Positions 34,040-43,398 are shown, counted from the stretch's first letter. The stretch: 64,000 nt of DNA from an uncultured Gammaproteobacteria bacterium (GCA_964435875.1 CAYTAV010000001.1:2318-66317); one strand, 5' to 3'. A program made the numbers and translations. Notes: generated by a model from the letters alone, not told the origin.

Positions 34040-35081
34040 ATTTACCAGATCGGATAATAATCCGATTTTGAAACCGGTACCGGAGCATGCTTGGGAGTCG
34101 CGCAAACTTTATAATCCAGGCGCGGTATACCATAACGGCAAGCATCACCTATTCTACCGTGCGGTCGGAGAGGGTCCGGACTGGGAGTCGGTCATCGGCT
34201 ACGCCGCATCTGATGACGGAGAGCGCTTCGATCGTTTTTCCAGTCCCTTGCTCAAAGGAGAAGGCGAATTCGAAGTTCGGGGCCTGGAAGATCCCCGCAT
34301 CACGAAAATCGGCGATACTTTCTACATGGCTTATGCCGCCTATGACGGGATTACACCCAGGCTTTCGATCGCGACCTCGCAAGACCTGAAGAGCTGGACA
34401 AAGCACGGTCCGGCCTTGGGTGGCTGGAGATTCGCTGAAGCGGGTGGAAAGTTCGTCAAATTCATCGATGATAAGCCGGCAGTCGTGCCTCAAAGCAATG
34501 AATGGTCGAAATCGGGTGCGATATTTCCCGAGAAGATTGAAGGTAAATACGTAATGCTGTTCGGAGAATACCGGATCTGGCTCGCTTATTCTGATGACGG
34601 GCTGAACTGGAAAGGAGATCACACCCCGCTGGTTTCGCCCAGAACGGGTAGCCGTTTTGACAATTGTTATGTTGAAACAGGGCCGCCTCCGATTCTGACC
34701 GAAAAGGGCTGGTTGGTTTTTTATCACGGGGTTGATAATACGGGGCAATATTCGTTGGGCATCATTTTGTTAGATTTTTCGGATCCTAAGAAAGTATTGT
34801 CCAGGCCAGAAAAGAGCGTGTTTAGAGCCGCTCGATGGTATGAGAGCCATGGCTTGGTTGACATTCTTCCTGGAGGGCTCGATGCGATCGAAAAAATGCG
34901 GCCTGAAGAACTCGAAAAATTTGTCAGGGAGCAAGAAGCCGACGGAATCTACCCAAGAATCGTTTTCTGCAACGGCGCTATCGTGACAGACGATATGGTC
35001 CGGATATATTACGGAGCGGGGGATACGGTGGTTTGCGCGGCAACGGCGAGTCTAAGCGATTTGATAGATTTCCTGAAATAG
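34026..35081 (+). CDS. Glycoside hydrolase family 130 (DUF377) glycosidase/phosphorylase-like protein
   Basis: NPILKP....WE....YNPGAV......H..YRA, the LEDPRITKIGDTFYM.Y.AYDG block, and five-bladed-propeller-type repeats. Confidence 0.7.
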   Translation: MNQELFTRSDNNPILKPVPEHAWESRKLYNPGAVYHNGKHHLFYRAVGEGPDWESVIGYAASDDGERFDRFSSPLLKGEGEFEVRGLEDPRITKIGDTFYMAYAAYDGITPRLSIATSQDLKSWTKHGPALGGWRFAEAGGKFVKFIDDKPAVVPQSNEWSKSGAIFPEKIEGKYVMLFGEYRIWLAYSDDGLNWKGDHTPLVSPRTGSRFDNCYVETGPPPILTEKGWLVFYHGVDNTGQYSLGIILLDFSDPKKVLSRPEKSVFRAARWYESHGLVDILPGGLDAIEKMRPEELEKFVREQEADGIYPRIVFCNGAIVTDDMVRIYYGAGDTVVCAATASLSDLIDFLK

Positions 35082-35150
35082 CATTCATATGCGTAGTACG
35101 AGATTAGTCCATAGGAGGCAGGGGTATGTTATGCCGCTCGCCTGATCGAT

Positions 35151-35183
35151 AAAAAAACCGAAGATAATATCTTCGGCGTTTTT
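35151..35183. terminator. Bidirectional terminator
   Basis: AAAAAAA-CCGAAGAT-aat-ATCTTCGG-cg-TTTTT. Confidence 0.7.
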
Positions 35184-35205
35184 ATCGTTGGAAATTTGGA
35201 CAGCC

Positions 35206-35598
35206 TTATCGCGTGATAAGCCAAAAAATGCCTTCATTCTGGATCTGTTTCTCGGTCAGGATACGGCGGTTGAGGATCCTGGGGTTTTTGAAAAGTTGTT
35301 TCAGCATCATGGCAGTATTTGAAGCAGGCAAAGAGACGGTGTATAAGGCATGGCAACAAGCATTTCCGGATTCACGGGTCCAGCCAAGCCCGCTCTGGTC
35401 GATTATATCCGCGAGGTTGCGTGAAGCAACATGAATCTGGCTTATATTTTCAGCGGTGCCGCCAGGCGTAGCGTTTACGATGATATTCTTTTCTTTTCCG
35501 CCGTTCAGCCAGTGTTTGCGCTTGATCCTGCCGATTGACCGCTTATCCGTGATGCTGATCCAAATCATGGGCAGTTCTCCTTTTTGTTGAATGGACAA
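35206..35598 (-). CDS. Hypothetical protein
   Basis: ORF only, with no family recognised. The start is uncertain (MIWISITD... at 35568 is possible). Confidence 0.3.
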   Translation of the reverse strand: MSIQQKGELPMIWISITDKRSIGRIKRKHWLNGGKEKNIIVNATPGGTAENISQIHVASRNLADIIDQSGLGWTRESGNACCHALYTVSLPASNTAMMLKQLFKNPRILNRRILTEKQIQNEGIFWLITR

Positions 35599-35685
35599 TA
35601 GCAGCCCGACGCTGCATGCATAATAATGCTAAATATTAGTAGATATTTTAAAAAATTGTAAATCCCCAGTGATTAAAAGCAGAGA

Positions 35686-36099
35686 TCAGACATTGCTGAA
35701 GAATTCTTCCGGATCGATAAAATTTTCAAATTGTCTAAGTCTAACCTTCCCGCGGCTGATATCGATATGCAGATGCGGACCGCGCGACAGAGCCCCGGTA
35801 TTGCCGGTGCGGCCGATAATCGCCCCCTCGGCATACGATCCTCGCGGGGCTCGTTCCTTCAGATGCAGGCAACGCATGACAGTCTTACCGTATCTTTTGC
35901 TGAAAATTTCCGCATGGATCGTGTTGCCTCCGTCTTTGCCCCATCCGGAAAAGACTATTTTGAGCTTGCAGGGAGCAAGGACGGGAGTCCCTTCCGGCAC
36001 GACTAAGTCTGATCCAAGATGACGGGCGGAATAATATGTTTTTTCTCCGAACGCATAACCACGTTTCAAGGCACCCCAGTTTTCAAGCGGCCGTATCAT
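35686..36099 (-). CDS. M23-family metallopeptidase domain protein
   Basis: HLGSD (HxxxD), GNTG, and PHLHIDI (HxH). It is a short single-domain protein with no obvious signal peptide. Confidence 0.75.
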   Translation of the reverse strand: MIRPLENWGALKRGYAFGEKTYYSARHLGSDLVVPEGTPVLAPCKLKIVFSGWGKDGGNTIHAEIFSKRYGKTVMRCLHLKERAPRGSYAEGAIIGRTGNTGALSRGPHLHIDISRGKVRLRQFENFIDPEEFFSNV

Positions 36100-36115
36100 C
36101 CGTTTGGCGCAAAAT

Positions 36116-37168
36116 TCACCTATTCCAGACGTGCTTCGCCGCCTTCCAGAAGTACTTCGCTACGATAAGGGCAAGCAAGAGATATAGCGCAATTTTTACG
36201 GCGAATAGGATCGCAGATAAGAGGTTGACGCTGATATCCTGCAGGGCAGAATTCACATTACGGACAAGCTCTTTTATGGCTGCTTTCCATGACTGGGCAA
36301 GGGATTCCCTGTCGACGAACTTGTTTTCGCGGATATTGACCCTGAAATACGCATAAGCGAGCTTGTCAAGCTCCTCAGCTTTCGAGCGGGAAAGCCTTTC
36401 GAGCTGTTCTGCCACTGCGATCCTTTGCTGTGACAAACGCTCGATCACGCCGATCTTCGAATCGATGATTTTCGCGAGGCTCTCGGCATCCTTTGCCTGC
36501 GTCGCGACCGCGCTGATCTCGTTGTAGGAGGCGACCGCATTCTTCAGGGTTTCGTCGATCACATCCTGTTTTTTCTTCAGGATGTCCATTTCGCTCGTGA
36601 AATCCTCGACGCTGTTCTTGATCGTCCGGACGTTCTCGACCAGATCTTTCGGGCTAAGGTCCTCGATAACTGCGAGCACTTCATCCTTGTGTGCTATTTC
36701 AGCCTTAAAGATATAACTGCAGCTATTGTCGGCTTCATTAGCGTTTTCAAAGATGATATACTCGAGCGGTTTTAAGTCGCGGATTTTTGTGCAAGACTGG
36801 TCAAGATCCCTGGTCTCGATTTCAGCGAAATATTCTCTTGTTTCGTAATTTTCCGCATCTTTGCCGGTAGAAAGCCTCGAATCGTCGGCACTGCCGGCAT
36901 TACGGGCCGAGAGAACGGGCGCTTGAGCATCATATGCGAATTCTCCGGCCTCTTGCTTCGATGAGATTTCATCAAGAGGCATATTTGGCGAGATATATCC
37001 GTCAGAATCGAAAATTGAAGTCCCCCCCGTTCTGCCCATGTGCCATGAGCTGGTCTGACCCCCGAACAGGTTGATAATGAATGCGAAGGCAATGATAGCG
37101 ATCAGCGCAAGCCCGGTGATTTTCAAGGCCTTTAACGGATTGAAATCAAGATTTTTTGGTATTTTCAT
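36116..37168 (-). CDS. DUF4349-like membrane protein
   Basis: N-terminal TM helix, a central coiled-coil-rich region and C-terminal TM helices. The layout and the E.RD.....I..L block resemble DUF4349. Confidence 0.45.
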   Translation of the reverse strand: MKIPKNLDFNPLKALKITGLALIAIIAFAFIINLFGGQTSSWHMGRTGGTSIFDSDGYISPNMPLDEISSKQEAGEFAYDAQAPVLSARNAGSADDSRLSTGKDAENYETREYFAEIETRDLDQSCTKIRDLKPLEYIIFENANEADNSCSYIFKAEIAHKDEVLAVIEDLSPKDLVENVRTIKNSVEDFTSEMDILKKKQDVIDETLKNAVASYNEISAVATQAKDAESLAKIIDSKIGVIERLSQQRIAVAEQLERLSRSKAEELDKLAYAYFRVNIRENKFVDRESLAQSWKAAIKELVRNVNSALQDISVNLLSAILFAVKIALYLLLALIVAKYFWKAAKHVWNR

Positions 37169-37260
37169 AATTATATATTTAATTATTCGATTGGCCTGTT
37201 AATATTTTAGCAAAAATATATCTTGCCCGAAAGCCATTCCCTGCAAGGCAGGCGTAAGGT

Positions 37261-37289
37261 TTGACAAGGGATATTAGTTGATATATGAT
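37261..37289 (+). promoter_or_regulatory. Sigma-70-like promoter of the marR-family gene
   Basis: TTGACA (37261-37266), a 17-nt spacer, then TATGAT (37284-37289). Confidence 0.5.
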
Positions 37290-37304
37290 TGATATATCAA
37301 CTAA
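37274..37304. promoter_or_regulatory. Perfect 13-bp inverted repeat, the likely MarR operator
   Basis: TTAGTTGATATAT-gattg-ATATATCAACTAA overlapping the -10 element. Confidence 0.55.
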
Positions 37305-37320
37305 TAATAAAGTCATATTT

Positions 37321-37740
37321 ATGGATATCAAAAAAACGGCCCTGGAATTTTATATTAATCTCGCGAAAGCACAGGCGGTTAGCGAGCGGCGCTTCGATTC
37401 AAAGCTCGGAGGAATCGGTTTTAGCTGGTTTATCGTGATGTACCATCTTTCACGGGAAAAAGACGGAAAACTGCGCCGCGTAGACCTTGCTGAAAAATCC
37501 GGCCTTACCGCATCGGGCGTAACACGCATCCTGCTTCCCATGGAAAAGATCGGATTAGTCAAGCGGGAATCCAATGCGTATGACGGGCGGGTCAGCGACG
37601 TTTCGTTGACAAACGCCGGAAAAAACAAGTTAATAGAGACGCTAGAGCGGATCGAGCAATATTTTGAAGATACGATTAGGGACGAGAAAGCAATTAGGAT
37701 GAAAAAATTATCAGAACTGCTTGTTGAAATTTCTTCTTAA
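37321..37740 (+). CDS. MarR-family transcriptional regulator
   Basis: Winged-helix block L.R..LAEKSGLTASGVTR.L..MEK.GLV.RE.N..D.R......T..G. ATG 37321 is preferred because 37285 lies inside the promoter -10. Confidence 0.75.
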   Translation: MDIKKTALEFYINLAKAQAVSERRFDSKLGGIGFSWFIVMYHLSREKDGKLRRVDLAEKSGLTASGVTRILLPMEKIGLVKRESNAYDGRVSDVSLTNAGKNKLIETLERIEQYFEDTIRDEKAIRMKKLSELLVEISS

Positions 37741-37756
37741 GCATTAAAATAATTGC

Positions 37757-38209
37757 ATGAGCATGATCAAGGCAAAAATTAATGAGGATCTAAAAGGGGC
37801 GATGCGCGCTAAAGATGAAGTGCGGACTGGCACATTGCGTATGCTGATCGGCGCGATACGCAACAAGGAGATTTCTCTGCGGCAGGGAGAATCGGTTGAG
37901 TTGACTGATGAGCAGGTCGTCGAGGTGATTTCAAGCGAAATCAAGAAGCGCAAGGACTCGGTCGAAGCGTACCTCAAAGGCAGCCGCCAGGACTTGGCGG
38001 ACAGGGAAAGCGCCGAGATCGAGATTCTGACCGCATACCTTCCGATCCAATTGACAGACGAGGAACTCGAAGTGCTAGTCAAGGAAATTGTCGCCGGTTT
38101 GCCGCAGGGAGCGGCTTTCGGCCAGGCGATGGGTGCTGTCGTGCCGATGGCGAAGGGCAAGGCGGACGGAGCGCGCATTAGCGCGATGGTCAAGAAAGTG
38201 CTTTCATAG
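37757..38209 (+). CDS. GatB/YqeY domain-containing protein
   Basis: I..DLK.AMRAKD..R...LR.L..AI.N.EI, then VI...IKKR.DS.E.Y..G.R.DLA..E..EI..L..YLP. Confidence 0.85.
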   Translation: MSMIKAKINEDLKGAMRAKDEVRTGTLRMLIGAIRNKEISLRQGESVELTDEQVVEVISSEIKKRKDSVEAYLKGSRQDLADRESAEIEILTAYLPIQLTDEELEVLVKEIVAGLPQGAAFGQAMGAVVPMAKGKADGARISAMVKKVLS

Positions 38210-38240
38210 CCGGATCGGCAGAAGATGAGCAGGGAAATAT

Positions 38241-38272
38241 TTGACAAGCCATGCTATAGCATGGCTTGTCAA
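38241..38272. terminator. Bidirectional terminator between the yqeY-like gene and greA
   Basis: A near-perfect 15-bp palindrome TTGACAAGCCATGCT/AGCATGGCTTGTCAA. Confidence 0.65.
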
Positions 38273-38300
38273 ATATGTGATTTTATTATTTTTAAAATAG

Positions 38301-38801
38301 CTATTCAATTTTAATTATCAGGTATCTTTTTGTTTTGTCTTTGCATCGCACGACCGCGGTTTCACCTTCCCGCTTGCCGATCAGAGCCGAACCGAGCGGC
38401 GAGGCATGTGAAATCACTCCCGAGGACGGGTCGGTTTCGGATGGCCCGAGCAAGAGATATGTTTTTATTCGCCCGTCGATCTCGACAGTAATTTTGCCGC
38501 CGATCTGAGCTGTTCCGTCCGCGGTAGGGCGCTCGATGATGATCGCGCGCTTCAACAGGTCTTCAGTCTCGAGTATGCGGCGGTTGATCCCGCGCAACCG
38601 CGCTTTCGCCGCTTGATAAGGCGCGTTTTCCGAAAAATCCCCGTCTTGCGCATGGAGCTGCATTTCAGCGATAACTCGCGGCCGGTTTTCGGTTTTTAAC
38701 TTTACGAGCTTTTCTTCGAGTTCCTTATACTTTCCGATCGTCAGGTGAGGATCGGCTTTTAATCCAGCATATTTTCCTGTTTTGCGTTTTGGCAGTCTCA
38801 T
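38301..38801 (-). CDS. greA: Transcription elongation factor GreA
   Basis: Coiled-coil N-terminal domain with GD.SENA.Y.AAK and a C-terminal globular domain with S..SP.G.AL.GK..G. Confidence 0.85.
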   Translation of the reverse strand: MRLPKRKTGKYAGLKADPHLTIGKYKELEEKLVKLKTENRPRVIAEMQLHAQDGDFSENAPYQAAKARLRGINRRILETEDLLKRAIIIERPTADGTAQIGGKITVEIDGRIKTYLLLGPSETDPSSGVISHASPLGSALIGKREGETAVVRCKDKTKRYLIIKIE

Positions 38802-39051
38802 GATTGAAGTTTATCAGAATAACCTCAATCATGGAAACTCCTGTTCCGGTTATCTTAAGCAAAATGTATGTTGTTTAATTCCAAAAAGGACCGAATTCGG
38901 TGGTTTTTTTGGAATATGCGGGGTTTCCGCCTGTGCGAACGCTTCGGCGGATAAATATCTCTGCGACCTTCCCGCAACTTTGCGGGACGTTTCTCGCCCG
39001 AACGTCCAAAATTATTCGGTCGGGCAGGGAACCAACAAAAAACTCCCGGAG

Positions 39052-39125
39052 CGGAGCGGACGGGACTCGAACCCGCGACCTCTGCCGTGACAGGGCAGCG
39101 TTCTAACCAACTGAACTACCGCTCC
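39052..39125 (-). tRNA. tRNA-Asp (GTC)
   Basis: Cloverleaf GGAGCGG-TA-GTTC-AGTTGGTTA-GAAC-G-CTGCC-CTGTCAC-GGCAG-AGGTC-GCGGG-TTCGAGT-CCCGT-CCGCTCC-G. No CCA is encoded. Confidence 0.9.
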
Positions 39126-39516
39126 GCTCCGGGAGTTTAGAAACACCCAAAATTTTTGTCTTAATGTATCTTCTGCCGGCCGCGCTTTTAAGTAATTTTT
39201 TCTGGCCTTCCTGCTTCTAATAAAAACAGACCGGCTAAGGCCTGCAAAAATACTAACAAAATCAGGCGTGGATGTCAATAACAAAACTTTTAAAAAGTGG
39301 TATAATATGATGGTGGATGAAATATTTATTATTTTAATAAGTTGAGACTTGAAAAATCTGAACCATGCCACTCTGCGGTATGGCGAAGCACCTATGCTGG
39401 TCACTGCCAGCAAACGGGGACGCTTTCCTGAGTCTGCGCCTGCTTATTACCGGATTGCGGATCAGGAATCGGATGGCAGTACCAAGGAGTCTTCTCAAGC
39501 CTCAAATTCATACCCT

Positions 39517-41244
39517 ATGTATCTGAAAAAAGCCGTCATTATTCTTTATTCAGGACTTTTTCTCTGTGTCGTAGCCCTCGGTGCGCGTTTTTATTGGGCC
39601 AACCTGCGCGGGGCGAAACCAGTTATATTTTCTCCGCCGTATGATATAACCGAGAGCATAAACAAAACGATCCGCGGAGAAGGAGCGACTTCGAGCGACA
39701 TCAAAATCACGGAATTAAAGGAGCTGCCGCTTATTATGCCGGCCGGGTTTAAGATCGGAATTTTTGCCAAAGATCTTGATAAACCGCGCGTAATCGCGTT
39801 CGATCCGAACGGCACGCTAGTCGTTAGCATTCCTAGCAAAGGGCAAGTAATAGCATTGCCAGATAAAGATGCCGATGGAAAAGCTGACAAGATAACCATC
39901 GTGGCTGATAAGCTGAACGAACCGCACGGACTGGCTTTTAGGAAGCTGGAGGGCGGCAAGCATAAGCTTTATGTCGGCGAAACGGACAAGGTTACCGTAT
40001 TCGATTACAATCCAACAGAGATGAAAGCAAGCCTGCCGATGACGGCAGCCAAGCTGCCTGGAGGAGGAACGCATAGAACCAGGACGCTGATGTTCCAGGA
40101 AGGCTCCACTGTGGTGTCAGGCTCGACAACGATGAGTGAAAAATCCCTGAATGAGCGCTTGCTCGTTTCCGTAGGTTCTTCCTGCAATGTTTGCGAAGAA
40201 AAAGACGATCTGCGGGCGAAGATAATCGCAATGAGTCCCGACGGACGCGAAATAAACACTTTCGCATCAGGACTCCGAAACACGGTCTTTTTTACCGCTC
40301 ATCCGGTTACCGGCGAGATCTGGGGTGCTGATATGGGCAGGGATCTCTTAGGCGACAATCTGCCGCCGGACGAGATCAATATCCTCGCAGAAGGCAAAGA
40401 TTATGGCTGGCCTTATTGTTTTGGATCTAATCTGCATGACGACGAATTCGATCCGCAAAAAAAGGTCTCTTGCGAAACCAGGGAGCCAAGCTATCTTAAT
40501 ATCCAGGCGCATTCCGCACCTTTAGGGCTCGCTTTTTTCCCCGAGAGCGGCTGGCCTGTGGAATATCAGAATAGCTTGCTGGTGTCCTTGCATGGTTCAT
40601 GGAACAGGACAGAGCCAACGGGCTACAAAATCGTGCTCTATCGGCTTGATCGGCAGGGAAATTTTATAGATGTTGATGAGCATGGGAATCCGGTCATGGA
40701 AGACTTTATCACGGGCTGGTTGACTAAGGATGATCTGACCTTGGGCCGCCCGGTCGATATAAAAATCCTTGCTAACGGCATGATCTTTGTGAGTGATGAT
40801 AAGGCCGGTGTTATATACCGCATATTGCATAGTTCTTCCGGAGCAGAAAATACTGCGGATGCTAGCCAGCCGGCAACAACACCGGAAGCCGCAAAAAATA
40901 CGGAAAGCGAGATCCGGTTGACCAACCCAAAACAGGGCGAGGCCGTCAAAAGCCCATTGGGCATCGACGGGGAGGCGCCTGGCAGCTGGTTCTTCGAAGG
41001 AGTCTTTGATGCGAAAGTCTTGGATGGGGACGGGAACGAGCTCGGCAGAGGCCAGGTGCAGGCGCTCGGAGACTGGATGACTGGAGGACTGGTGCCTTTC
41101 ACCGGCAAGATCGAATATTCCAGACCAGGATCGGAAGCCGGCGCGCTAGTCCTGGTCAAAGCGAATCCTTCCGGATTACCCGAGAACGAAGTTCAGCACT
41201 ACATCAGGGTAAAATTCGGAGAGGCCGGGGCGGTTACCGAGTAG
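39517..41244 (+). CDS. PQQ-dependent sugar (sorbosone/glucose) dehydrogenase-like beta-propeller protein with a C-terminal Gmad2 Ig-like domain
   Basis: N-terminal TM helix, NEPHGLAF, GLRN..........G..W..D.G.D.......DE.N....G.DYGWPYC and SAP.G. The C-terminal P....G.A.G.WFFEG.F....D..G block is Gmad2-like. The start at ATG 39517 (MYLKK...) is preferred to TTG 39349. Confidence 0.75.
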   Translation: MYLKKAVIILYSGLFLCVVALGARFYWANLRGAKPVIFSPPYDITESINKTIRGEGATSSDIKITELKELPLIMPAGFKIGIFAKDLDKPRVIAFDPNGTLVVSIPSKGQVIALPDKDADGKADKITIVADKLNEPHGLAFRKLEGGKHKLYVGETDKVTVFDYNPTEMKASLPMTAAKLPGGGTHRTRTLMFQEGSTVVSGSTTMSEKSLNERLLVSVGSSCNVCEEKDDLRAKIIAMSPDGREINTFASGLRNTVFFTAHPVTGEIWGADMGRDLLGDNLPPDEINILAEGKDYGWPYCFGSNLHDDEFDPQKKVSCETREPSYLNIQAHSAPLGLAFFPESGWPVEYQNSLLVSLHGSWNRTEPTGYKIVLYRLDRQGNFIDVDEHGNPVMEDFITGWLTKDDLTLGRPVDIKILANGMIFVSDDKAGVIYRILHSSSGAENTADASQPATTPEAAKNTESEIRLTNPKQGEAVKSPLGIDGEAPGSWFFEGVFDAKVLDGDGNELGRGQVQALGDWMTGGLVPFTGKIEYSRPGSEAGALVLVKANPSGLPENEVQHYIRVKFGEAGAVTE

Positions 41245-41298
41245 TGCCCGACTATTGACTAAGACCGGGGAATAGGCTAGTATAGCCCGTTAAGATTT

Positions 41299-42360
41299 AT
41301 GCATTACATCCAAGAGACAAAACAATTTTCCTTCTTGTTCTGGGAGCTTGTGAATAAATCGAAACGCATCCTGGTCACTTCGCATTCCGTACCTGACGAT
41401 GATTCGATCGCATCGGTGCTGGCGGTATACGGGATGATCAGGAAGAAGCATCCGCGGAAGACGGTGCGGATCGTCTATTCTTCGCCAATCAAGAAGCGCT
41501 GGGGCCAGATCCCAAATTTCGACAAAGTTGAAGCTTCGATCGACACGGCAAGCATAATTTCAGAATTCGATCTCGCGATTTTTCTGGACGGCAATTATTT
41601 CAAGCGTTTTTCCTCAGATCCGCGGCAGCTGGCAGGTTCGCGGACAATCAAGGTCTGTATCGACCACCACGCCTCGAAGGCGGATATATTCGACCTTGCG
41701 CTGATTGCGCCCAAGGCTACATCGACGTCAGAGCTCGTCTATTACGCTTTATGCGAGCAAGAGAAGCGTTTAGCACCGGACATCGCCAAAGCGCTCCTCT
41801 TAGGACTGATCGGCGATACGGGCCGTTTCCGCTTCATCGAGCCTCGCAATGCGCATATACTTTCCATCGCCGAGAGGCTCATCAAAGAAGGGGGAATCCA
41901 AGTCGATCTGTTCATGGCCGGATATTCGAGCTACTCGAAAAAAGTTTTTAGCGCGCTTAAGCAGTTCATCAATAATTCCGAGCTTGTTTATCCCGCCAGC
42001 TGGCCGCCTTATATCGTTTCGTTCATAAGCAGGGAGCAGGCGGACGCGCAGGGCTATTCGCCGCTGGACATCGATTCAGCCGCAAGCTTATTCATAACGA
42101 CATACGGCACTTCCGTAAACGATGCGAGCTGGGGGGCCGTACTCTATCCGCTTCCGGACGGGGACGTCAAGATCGGCCTGCGCTCGCGGCCCGGAGGCGT
42201 GAACGTACGCTTAATCATGGAAGAGCTTGGGATCGGAAGCGGGCATGACCGTGCGAGCGGCGGGGTCTATAAGGTCAGGCCGAAGCGTCCGCTCGAACCT
42301 GAGGAATGCTACCGAAAATTTAAATCCTGGCTGTCGAAAAATAAACCGATATTGGCATAG
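41299..42360 (+). CDS. DHH-family phosphoesterase (NrnA-like)
   Basis: DHH motifs H..PDDDSIAS, D, IDHH and GDTGRF, followed by a DHHA1-like C-terminus with GGGH-like GSGHDRASGG. Confidence 0.8.
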   Translation: MHYIQETKQFSFLFWELVNKSKRILVTSHSVPDDDSIASVLAVYGMIRKKHPRKTVRIVYSSPIKKRWGQIPNFDKVEASIDTASIISEFDLAIFLDGNYFKRFSSDPRQLAGSRTIKVCIDHHASKADIFDLALIAPKATSTSELVYYALCEQEKRLAPDIAKALLLGLIGDTGRFRFIEPRNAHILSIAERLIKEGGIQVDLFMAGYSSYSKKVFSALKQFINNSELVYPASWPPYIVSFISREQADAQGYSPLDIDSAASLFITTYGTSVNDASWGAVLYPLPDGDVKIGLRSRPGGVNVRLIMEELGIGSGHDRASGGVYKVRPKRPLEPEECYRKFKSWLSKNKPILA

Positions 42361-42382
42361 AATATTTGATCCTGGATTAGAA

Positions 42383-42405
42383 AACCCGCATAGATAATGC
42401 GGGTT
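42383..42405. terminator. Hairpin between convergent genes
   Basis: AACCCGCAT-agata-ATGCGGGTT. Confidence 0.5.
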
Positions 42406-42423
42406 CTGTTGTCCTTGCGGCCT

Positions 42424-43398
42424 TTAGGCCGTTTTTTTCATGCAATTTTTGTGCTTCTTGTTTAAGGCATCTTTGACGATATTTGCTACTTCACCGGGTG
42501 ATAGTGAGCTTCCGTAGAGCCAGCCGCTGCCGATAATGCTGTTGCCGCCCCCCCATCTGTCGCTTGGGTCAACGAAATTTTCAATCTCGTTTAGCTTGCG
42601 GGCTAACAAGCGCATATTGATATATGCGTAGTAAACGGATAAAATTCCGATTACATAGCTATACCTCCCATTAGGTCGTTCCCGGAAAAGGACGTATATC
42701 TTGTATCCGTTCCGGAATATGCCAGTTTTTGGATGCGTACCGATTTCCTTAGCAACAATGAAATCATCCTTGGTAAGAAAAGGCTCATAGCTCATGTCCA
42801 TGTCGGTTTCTTGCGCGCGGCCAGCTACATATTCCAGAATCCTTTCCTCGATTTCATAGATGACTGCGGACCAGGTTGCCGGATCTTTCGTCTCGAGATC
42901 AAGCATTCCTCTAGATCGGAATAATGTATATGGCTCGAAGACCCAAGCCATTTTTCTGATGGTTTTTTGCTCGAATGGTATAGCTCCGGCCGTCGAATCA
43001 ATGCAATCTTCGCGGGTTGCAATTTTGTGCAATAGGTCGTTGAAAAGGAAATCGCGTTTATAACCATGGTTAATTAAGGTCCAGCACATCGCAACGTCAG
43101 GATCGTTATGGTTCGTGTAGACATCAACCCGGGGGCTTCCGTCATCACCGCGAAAAACATCGTAGAAACCTCGAAGTAATGCATTATAAATCTGTCCGCA
43201 TGTCGCATGGACGGCAATCGGGTTTGAATGTGCGTGATGGTCGAAATTCGCCTTGATTTTCGTGGGGTAAAATCGGGTTTTGCCGTGCACATAACCGTCG
43301 ACAGCAATTGAATACGGACCCGTTTCCTCATCAAATGTTTTCCATGATATCGACGGCTGACCTGGTTTCATGATAAGCCTGATTTGTTCGCTATTCAT
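42424..43398 (-). CDS. Hypothetical protein (contains an NFDHH motif)
   Basis: A long ORF with good coding character. No confident family was recognised, only a DHH-like tripeptide. Confidence 0.4.
   Translation of the reverse strand: MNSEQIRLIMKPGQPSISWKTFDEETGPYSIAVDGYVHGKTRFYPTKIKANFDHHAHSNPIAVHATCGQIYNALLRGFYDVFRGDDGSPRVDVYTNHNDPDVAMCWTLINHGYKRDFLFNDLLHKIATREDCIDSTAGAIPFEQKTIRKMAWVFEPYTLFRSRGMLDLETKDPATWSAVIYEIEERILEYVAGRAQETDMDMSYEPFLTKDDFIVAKEIGTHPKTGIFRNGYKIYVLFRERPNGRYSYVIGILSVYYAYINMRLLARKLNEIENFVDPSDRWGGGNSIIGSGWLYGSSLSPGEVANIVKDALNKKHKNCMKKTA

Noticed and set aside
35206-35598. The 130-aa ORF as a pseudogene or a TfoX/YjbR-like DNA-binding protein.
   Set aside because: I could not match it convincingly to either family, and there are no frameshifts or internal stops to support pseudogenisation. 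It is left as a low-confidence hypothetical CDS.
37744-38247. A 167-aa minus-strand ORF.
   Set aside because: It is exactly antisense to the well-conserved GatB/YqeY-domain gene, and its translation is Ser/Leu-rich with no motif.
39349-39516. A TTG-initiated N-terminal extension of the PQQ-dehydrogenase-like ORF.
   Set aside because: The extension lies in the tRNA-Asp upstream region and has no signal or TM character. ATG 39517 gives a normal MYLKK plus TM-helix N-terminus.
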